The position numbers and the translations under genes were made by a program. A stretch of 32,000 nucleotides of DNA, taken from positions 3,974,279 through 4,006,278 of the forward strand of contig CP124756.1 of NCBI GenBank assembly GCA_029972225.1, written 5' to 3'. This document shows, piece by piece, positions 25,811 through 32,000 of this stretch. The notes below the pieces were generated by a model. The model was not told where the DNA came from and searched no databases. It saw only the letters and a program-made list of their open reading frames with translations. Numbering within the stretch: position 1 is the stretch's first letter; the number at the start of each line of letters is the position of its first letter. This stretch comes from Candidatus Thiothrix putei. Lineage in GTDB: Bacteria > Pseudomonadota > Gammaproteobacteria > Thiotrichales > Thiotrichaceae.

Positions 25811-26930
25811 GTGAATTCAAGTAATAAGTGCATAACCCACCAACTTTTCGGCCTCTATGCCGGATAGTTCTCGGAACACCTCGTAAGGTGTCTTGAATCC
25901 CAGACACTTCCTTGGTCTGTTGTTGAGTTTATGTACAGCCTCCAGTACCTGTCGGGTGGTCACGTCCAATAGCCCCATTGCCTTGGGGAAGTATTGGCGT
26001 AACAGCCCATTGGCGTTCTCATTTTGCCCACGCTCCCACGAATGGTAGGGCTTGGCGAAATACGTTTCGCACCCAAGGGCTTGGGCAACTTGCTCATGTT
26101 TGGCAAACTCTTTGCCGTTGTCGAAGGTGAGCGTGTGCACCCAATCCTTGAAGCTGTCCAGCAAGGTGATAATGCTGCTGGTTACGGCTTCTGCGGTCTT
26201 GTTTGCCACTGGAAAAGCTAGGCGTAGCTTGGATTTGCGTTCATCCAGTGTCACCAGTGCGCCTTGGTGTCCCTTGCCGATCATGGTGTCGGCTTCCCAG
26301 TCACCGAGCCGTTCACGCTGGTTGGCTACCGCTGGGCGTTCGTCAATGTCCACTCGGTTGGGGATGCCTTTGACGCTGCCCGTTTTACTGCCGTAACGCT
26401 GGCGGTATTTCTTCGTATGGCGGCGCAGGTTCAGGTACAGCTTGCCGCCCGCACGCTTGTCCCTGAGTACATGCTGGTAGATGGCTTCATGGCAAATAGT
26501 CGTTTTGCCTTCCGCTTTCAGTCGACCGCTGATCTGCTCAGGACTCCATTGTTGTTCCAGCAGCGTATCAATGCTGACCGCCAGTTCCGGGGTCAACTTG
26601 ACCGCTTTGGGCTTGTCCGCATGGCGTTGTTGCGCTTTGGCGTGCGCTTGCTTGTGCCGATAGCCGCGTTGCCCTCGGTTGCGGGTCAGTTCACGACTGA
26701 TCGTCGATTGACTGCGCCCCAAGGTTAACGCGATTGTTGCCGTCGATTCCTTCATCTTGTGCCGGGTTTCGATATAATGCCTCTCCTCAGAGGTAAGGTG
26801 TGTGTAAGCCATGAAGCTCTCCTGTCAGTGGTTTTTCGGGATGCTTTTTACCACATCTTGCCGCTGACCTGATGAGGAAAATCGCATCCCGCCTCGATTA
26901 ACGGGCTATGCACTTATGATACGAATTCGC
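25811..26930 (-). mobile_element. IS30-family insertion sequence, inserted within the left terminal repeat region of the DDE_Tnp_4 IS
   Basis: About 26-bp imperfect IRs: GTGAATTCAAGTAATAAGTGCATAACCC (25811-25838) versus the rc of 26903-26930, GCGAATTCGTATCATAAGTGCATAGCCC. Confidence 0.75.
25817..26812 (-). CDS. IS30-family transposase
   Basis: 331 aa. MAYTHLTSEERHYIE..STISRELTRNRG..WEADTMIG..LTFDNGKEF..PYHSWERGQNENANGLLRQYFPK. Confidence 0.9.
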   Translation of the reverse strand: MAYTHLTSEERHYIETRHKMKESTATIALTLGRSQSTISRELTRNRGQRGYRHKQAHAKAQQRHADKPKAVKLTPELAVSIDTLLEQQWSPEQISGRLKAEGKTTICHEAIYQHVLRDKRAGGKLYLNLRRHTKKYRQRYGSKTGSVKGIPNRVDIDERPAVANQRERLGDWEADTMIGKGHQGALVTLDERKSKLRLAFPVANKTAEAVTSSIITLLDSFKDWVHTLTFDNGKEFAKHEQVAQALGCETYFAKPYHSWERGQNENANGLLRQYFPKAMGLLDVTTRQVLEAVHKLNNRPRKCLGFKTPYEVFRELSGIEAEKLVGYALIT

Positions 26931-26963
26931 CAAATAATAATTATCGAAAAGTTTTTAAAACTT

Positions 26964-27489
26964 TCAATAGATTGGATTTCGCATGGAGTTTCTCAGGTTG
27001 TGTAGTCCGCAAGCAATTTCCATAATCTGGTCATCAAAGTCATCTTTTAAATTACGGTACACATCTTTCAGGCATCGGCAGCGTTTAATACCACTGATGA
27101 TATGTTCAACGACTACCCTGCGGGCAGAAATTTGACGGTTTTCTTCTTTTTCTTGTGGGGTCAGACATTTATTCCGTGGCTTCTTTTTTGGCTCAATGAC
27201 GGTGACACCTTTTCCCATGTCAGCCCCCTTGAAGCCTAAATCACGTAAAATCACAGAACCCTCCGGTAATTGGGTCTGCTCCTCATCGGCAATTTTCTTG
27301 TCATGCTTCTTGCCTGAGTGAGTATCCCCTAAGTATTTGATATGTCTGTCAGCACAGCCAACGATGACATTGTTTTTAACCGTATGGGCTTTTTTTTTAC
27401 CACTATAGTATTCGCGCTGGACATCATTATCCACGGGGCGCTGGATTCTCCGCTCTGTTCCGTCAATAATCAATTCCTGTTGCCCTTCT
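26964..27489 (-). pseudogene. DDE_Tnp_4 transposase, C-terminal fragment
   Basis: ..QQELIIDGTERRIQRP..YSGKKKAHTVKN..HDKKIADE..RDLGFKG..RRVVVEHIISGIKRCRCL.. Confidence 0.8.
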
Positions 27490-28901
27490 GGGTGTGACCG
27501 GAAGTGATGCATGGTCTAATATCCGGTAAATATTGCCATTACCATTAAATGAGTCCCCCCGATGTTAGACAAACCAACGCAGCTCGCCCAACGCCTTGCC
27601 CGTCATCCCGCACTTCAGGAACGGATTGAATCGATCCTAACCATTATGGAATCCAGCAGTGACGACTTGAAACGCGCCGATGAAGCAGAACGGCAGATCA
27701 TCGAAACCCTGCGCCAACTGGGGCACGATGCGCTATCCGGCTGGGCACAACAGCATGAAGCAGCGGCCGCCGATCAAGGGCAACAGACAGCGGGTTGGCG
27801 TCCTATGGGTCAAAAAAACTCTACTGGCACAGTACCTACGGACAGATTGAAGTAAACGAACGGTTGTTTCGCCAAGGTACGTGCCTGCAACGGCCTTTTT
27901 CCGCCAGTGCGGCGGTGCGTTGCCGGGGAGTATCCGCGCCGCTGCAACGGGTGGTCACGGATTTTGGGGCGGATCATCCTTTCCGGCAGGTGAGTGAAAA
28001 ACTTCAGGAACATTATGGCATCAGCTTGCCCCCGGAAACGATCCGGCAGACAACGGAACGTCATGGACGTCTGATGCTGGACAATACGGTACTGGAAACG
28101 ACCCGGCCTGAGCGCACGGGAAAAGCCTGTGTGCTGGTGGAAATGGATGGCGGCATGGTTCCCATTGTCACGAGCGCCCCGGAAGCGGCTGACCGCCGCA
28201 AAGGTAAAACCCTGAACTGGCAAGAATTAAAGCTGTGCATTGCCCGCGAATTGGGGAGCACCCGCCGGTTTTATGGCGGAACGTTTAACGGCGGCACGGA
28301 ACAGGCCGGACAACACCTGTACCATTGTGCCTGTCAGGCAGGCTTTGGACGGGCAACCGACATTCATGGCGTGGGCGACGGGGCGGTCTGGATTGCCGAC
28401 CAGATAGAACACTGGTTTGGCAGTCAGGGTGCTTATCTGGTGGATTTTTACCATTTGAGCGAATACCTCGCGGAAGCCGCCCCCTCCTGCTCCTCTGACA
28501 CCGACGCATGGCTGGAGCAGCGGCAAGCGGAATTGAAAGCCAACCGTTCTGCCAAGGTACTGGAAGCCCTGTTGCCTCATCTGGAAGCTCCCGCCACAGT
28601 GGATGCGCAAGCTCCTGTCAGGAAAGCTTACCGCTACCTCAATAACCGACGTGAGCAAGTGGATTATGCCGGGGCTATCCGGCAGGGACGCCCTATCGGC
28701 TCCGGCGAAATTGAAAGTGCTCACCGCTTTGTCGTACAAGCACACCTGAAAAAGCCGGGTGCTTGGTGGGCAGCAGAGAATGTCGATCCCATGCTCGCCC
28801 TTCGCGTGACTCGCCTGAATGGCGGATGGAATGATTATTGGCAGAATTTCTCCGCCTGCAACGCTGCTTAATGTGTCCGGGCATCACTTCCGTTCACACC
28901 C
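27490..28901 (+). mobile_element. ISKra4-like insertion sequence no.2 (1412 bp) inside the DDE_Tnp_4 transposase gene
   Basis: IRs GGGTGTGACCGGAAGTGATGC (27490-27510) versus the rc of 28881-28901, GGGTGTGAACGGAAGTGATGC (20/21). 9-bp duplication TGCCCTTCT (27481-27489 and 28902-28910). Confidence 0.9.
27562..28871 (+). CDS. ISKra4-family transposase; orfA 27562-27855 plus orfB (-1 frame) to 28871
   Basis: VVTDFGADHPFRQVSEKLQEHYGISL..EMDGGMVPIV..HGVGDGAVWI..YLVDFYHLSEYL. The A7 run at 27812-27818 (A AAA AAC in the orfA frame) is at the frame junction. Paralogous to 3896-5220. Confidence 0.8.
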
Positions 28902-29296
28902 TGCCCTTCTTCTGCTAGCCGTTCCATTAATTCTGAGGATAGTCGAATGGGCTTATGTCCCATGTTATCCAATGCACTTTGTAATACGGGACACAAGCGG
29001 TGTATCCAGTGGTTTGCCACACTTTGGGGAAGATCAAATGAATACGCCAGCACTTCTTGTAAAGGATAGGTCTTCAGGTAAAACAGAATGAAAAACAGTT
29101 TGTCTTCTATTAATGCCAGTTTCCCATCAGAACGACCCCGCGTCTCATCAACACGTTTGCCCCGGGCGTGTAGGTCAGTTTGGTAAGCTGCACTGAACCG
29201 TTCGAGCAAACCCAAAAACTCCTTAACGTTGAGACTGGTCATGGCAACAAATGCCTTTTCATTGGATTTCAATGCGTTAAAACTGTACTCCGCCAT
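28902..29296 (-). pseudogene. DDE_Tnp_4 transposase, N-terminal (HTH_Tnp_4-like) fragment
   Basis: MAEYSFNALKSNEKAFVAMTSLNVKEFLGLLERF..LFFILFYLKTYPLQEVLAYSF..RLAEEGQ. Joins 26964-27480 in frame (..AEEGQQELIIDGTE..) after removing the IS and one duplication. Confidence 0.8.
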
Positions 29297-29511
29297 GCCG
29301 TTAGTCCCTACTCTAGGCTATTATTACTGTCAGGAATTTACACTCTGGCTGTGTATCTTGCCATTGATAATTATTATTTATATATTTCATTTTTTTATAG
29401 ATAATGTCTAATAAGCAATAACGATAAAAACTACACCCTGTCTCATCAAGTATAGTGGCGCACAAAAGGTCATGAACTCCGTTCTATTGTCAATAGTTGA
29501 GGTACTTCAAC

Positions 29512-29954
29512 ATGAAAGCACTAGTCCTCATTGGTTTGATTATTTGTTTTTTAGAAACACCGGTGGTCTTTGCAGAGCAAACTACCGTCCCATCACCCAC
29601 GACCATTGTTAAAAAGCCTGATTGGTTTAAACAACCACCCGCAAATCTGCCTCATAATATCACCACCGCAACACGTAATAATAAGCAAATCATCTTGTAT
29701 TTTTATCAAGATAGCTGCCCATTCTGCGCAAAACTGCTAAAACACGACTTCGGCAACCCCGACATCGCTAACAAGACCCGTCAATATTTTGAGGTGATCC
29801 CCATCAATATGAAGGGAACCAAACCCGTCACTGACATATCTGGCACGGTATTGAATGAGGCAGATTTTGCTGCTGAAAAAGACGTGTTGGCTACTCCCGT
29901 TTTATTGTTTCTGGATGAAGCGGGAACAGAAGTACTGCGTGTTAACGGTTATTA
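29512..29954 (+). pseudogene. Secreted thioredoxin-fold protein (CPFC), 3' end removed by the IS4 insertion
   Basis: MKALVLIGLIICFLETPVVFA signal peptide; ..ILYFYQDSCPFCAKL..ATPVLLFLD..RVNGYY, then the IS terminal repeat at 29955. Confidence 0.65.
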
Positions 29955-31364
29955 CCCATCTCCTTATACACAAGTTCCCAAGCTGATGTAAGATAAGCAA
30001 TTTTCACTCATGAACTGGTCATCTACCGAACTCACCGATCTTGATTTGGGAGACAAGCGTCTCGAAACACGAGCCGCCCATATCCTCAAAGCCATGCTGA
30101 AAGCCCCCCAGTCCAGCATCCCTAAGGCTTGCCAAAGTTGGTCAAGCACCTTGGCGACGTACCGTTTCTTCTGGAATGAAGCGGTGAGCCATGATGCTTT
30201 GATGGCATCCCACTTTGAAGCGACAGAGTGCCGAATTCGTCAACAAGATTCGCGGATTATCCTGTGTATTCAAGATACGACCGAACTGGACTTCAATGGA
30301 CAAGAAACCGAGGGTTTAGGGCGGTTATCCTACGACAAGCAACGCGGGATGTACCTGCATCCGACCTTGTGTATTACCCCAGAACGTTTGCCGTTGGGCA
30401 TCACCGATACGTGGATGTGGTCACGGGGATTGAGCAAAGCTGCCGACCAAGCCAACCCCAGCATCAAAGAAAGCCGCCGCTGGATTGAAGGGTATGAACG
30501 GGTAGCTGAACTGGCGGCACGCTGCCCTGAACACCGCCTCATCTATACTGGCGACCGTGAAAGCGACTTTTATGACTTACTCAAACGGGCGCAAGCCTTG
30601 GATTACCCGGCTGACCTGCTGATACGGGCGCAACATAACCGGGCTTTGGGGGATGACCTCAAACTGTGGGATGCCATTGATCAACAAAAAGCGTTGACTC
30701 GTATCACTTTTACCAAACCGCGCAAGCAGGGTGAAAAGCCCCGTAAAGTGGTACAAGAAATCAAGGTGTTACGTTATACCTTGCGTCCCAAGAGTAAGCA
30801 TCCGATGCTATTGACCTTGGTGCAAGCCAAAGAAATCAACCCACCCGCCGGAAAATCGCCCCTCATTTGGCGTTTAGTCACCAACCGTTGTGTAGAGACC
30901 GCCGATGCCGCCTGTGAACTCATCGACTGGTATCGGGCGCGTTGGGAAATCGAGATGTTTTTTGATGTTCTGAAAGTCGGTTGTCGCGTCGAAAAACTGC
31001 AACTGGACACCAAAGAGCGCATCGAAAAAGCCCTCGCGCTCTACATCATGGTGGCCTGGCGGATTATGTTTCTGATGCGGTTGGGGCGTACCTGTCCAGA
31101 ACTTCCTGCTGATCTGGTGTTTGACCCCTTGGAATGGAAAGTCTCCTTCCGACTCGGCAAAAAAGCACTACCCGATGGCATACCTACCCTCAATCAAGTG
31201 ATCCGCAATCTCGCAGAACTGGGGGGCTTTCTGGGCAGAAAATCCGACGGCGAACCGGGGGCTAAAAGTATCTGGTTAGGCTACTCACGCGTGCTGGACT
31301 GCATTTATGGCATTCAGATGGCTAGTGAGTTGGGAATGGACTGATTTGTGTATAAGGAGATGGG
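29955..31364 (+). mobile_element. IS4-family (IS50/Tn5-like) insertion sequence (1410 bp)
   Basis: 19-bp perfect terminal repeats CCCATCTCCTTATACACAA (29955-29973; rc at 31346-31364) resembling the Tn5 outside end CTTATACACA core. Flanking 9-mers differ (CGGTTATTA versus GTAACAGTG). Confidence 0.85.
30010..31344 (+). CDS. IS4-family (Tn5-like) transposase
   Basis: 444 aa. MNWSSTELTDLDLGDKRLETRAAHIL..IPKACQSWSSTLATYRFFWNE..ILCIQDTTELDF..YRARWEIEMFFDVLK.. Confidence 0.9.
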   Translation: MNWSSTELTDLDLGDKRLETRAAHILKAMLKAPQSSIPKACQSWSSTLATYRFFWNEAVSHDALMASHFEATECRIRQQDSRIILCIQDTTELDFNGQETEGLGRLSYDKQRGMYLHPTLCITPERLPLGITDTWMWSRGLSKAADQANPSIKESRRWIEGYERVAELAARCPEHRLIYTGDRESDFYDLLKRAQALDYPADLLIRAQHNRALGDDLKLWDAIDQQKALTRITFTKPRKQGEKPRKVVQEIKVLRYTLRPKSKHPMLLTLVQAKEINPPAGKSPLIWRLVTNRCVETADAACELIDWYRARWEIEMFFDVLKVGCRVEKLQLDTKERIEKALALYIMVAWRIMFLMRLGRTCPELPADLVFDPLEWKVSFRLGKKALPDGIPTLNQVIRNLAELGGFLGRKSDGEPGAKSIWLGYSRVLDCIYGIQMASELGMD

Positions 31365-31687
31365 GTAACAGTGGTAAACAAAATGGTGGGGCGTGTGGTA
31401 ATACTAGCCCATGTGATACTAATGCTTATATGCAGAAAGTGAATACAGAAGGTTGGTGTGGTGCGAAAGACTGGCGATTACCCACACGCGAAGAAATGGT
31501 GAATCTAATAGATGTTTCTACAACACCGACTCCCGAATATTTTCCAAACACACAGACAGGTTTTACAACCTCATCAACGTATGCCTTTGATCCTCAGCAG
31601 GTGTGGGTTACATTAGGTGTAGGCTATGTCTTTCAATCTAATAAAGATGTTGCGGTGTATGTGCGTTTAGTGCGTGATGGCAAATAA
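31365..31687 (+). pseudogene. DUF1566 (Lcl C-terminal domain) protein, 3' fragment
   Basis: ..GWCGAKDWRLPTREEMVNLID..YFPNTQTGFTTSSTYAF..VYVRLVRDGK. The 5' part is replaced by the IS4 end. Confidence 0.6.
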
Positions 31688-31735
31688 CGGGTGTTCACTA
31701 TTTCACTATCTTGATAGACAACCAGGAGGTATTCA

Positions 31736-32000
31736 ATGCGAAACGTAACCCATACCCTGATGGCAGGTATTTTATTAGTGTTGCCAGTCATCGGTTATTC
31801 TCAGGTGTGCAATAACGCCATCGTTGCCAACACGCCTGACACTAGCTTTAATGTAGATGATCAAAACGGTACAGTTACCGATAAACAGACTGGCTTAATG
31901 TGGAAAAGGTGTGCAGAAGGACAAACGTGGGATACTGTCAACAAAAAGTGTAACGGCACTGCGGTTGCTTACAACTGGCAAGCCATGTTTGATAGAGCAG
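31736..32000 (+). CDS. DUF1566-family secreted protein (5' part; continues past window end)
   Basis: AGGAGG RBS; MRNVTHTLMAGILLVLPVIGYSQ signal peptide; ..GTVTDKQTGLMWKRCAEGQTWD.. Confidence 0.7.
   Translation, partial: MRNVTHTLMAGILLVLPVIGYSQVCNNAIVANTPDTSFNVDDQNGTVTDKQTGLMWKRCAEGQTWDTVNKKCNGTAVAYNWQAMFDRA

Larger units (their letters stand above)
25794..29409 (-). mobile_element. IS5-family / DDE_Tnp_4 (Harbinger-like) IS carrying two nested IS insertions
   Basis: Terminal repeats AGACATTATCTATAAAA (25794-25810) with the rc at 29393-29409. Subterminal AAATAATAATTATC (26932-26945) with the rc at 29356-29369. 3-bp duplication AAT (25791-25793 and 29410-29412). About 1.08 kb of own sequence after subtracting the nested IS30 and ISKra4-like elements. 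Confidence 0.7.

Noticed and set aside
1-32000. CRISPR arrays, rRNA genes, integrons, retron or diversity-generating elements.
   Set aside because: I saw no regularly spaced short direct repeats, no reverse transcriptase or Cas-like ORFs, and no rRNA-like conserved stretches. All larger repeats are accounted for by IS copies, the rtcB paralogue and the 37-bp element.

Overview
IS-saturated mosaic of accessory and core DNA, probably gammaproteobacterial (NadA and IlvD align closely with the E. coli proteins as I recall them). By my boundary calls, about 14.3 kb (~45%) of the 32 kb is 11 insertion sequences from about 9 families: 2x ISAzo13, 2x ISKra4-like, IS481, IS5-like, IS630, IS701/IS4-like, IS30, a DDE_Tnp_4/IS5-like element and an IS50-like IS4. 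Genes that look intact: nadA, ilvD, an rnfB-like Fe-S gene, an SPFH/band-7 gene, a YjdF/DUF2238 gene, a lipoprotein gene, a RyR-domain gene, hipB, a UPF0175/DUF3368 (PIN-like) toxin-antitoxin pair, and a partial AAA+ ATPase. Almost every defence, toxin or RNA-repair gene is broken. The sigma-54-driven rtcB has an internal deletion, and a second rtcB 3' remnant lies 10 kb away. An HTH-fused C5 DNA methyltransferase is split by an ISKra4-like element. Its partner restriction endonuclease is cut by ISAzo13 and again by an IS701-like element. hipA is split by an IS5-like element, and a HEPN-like gene is truncated by IS630. Strongest observations: (1) the two endonuclease halves lie 14.7 kb apart in opposite orientation, each abutting the same kind of ISAzo13 end with an inverted TAA duplication. 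That fits an intramolecular inversion/deletion transposition and cannot come from homologous recombination. (2) Two directly abutting tRNA-like genes have normal acceptor, D and T arms but defective anticodon arms, and they sit beside PIN, HipA, HEPN and RtcB genes. (3) Poly-A/T -1 frameshift sites occur in the ISKra4-like, ISAzo13 and IS630 transposases. (4) A 37-bp palindromic element is shared by both rtcB loci. No CRISPR array, rRNA or canonical tRNA was seen. All family names come from motif recognition by eye and no search was run.
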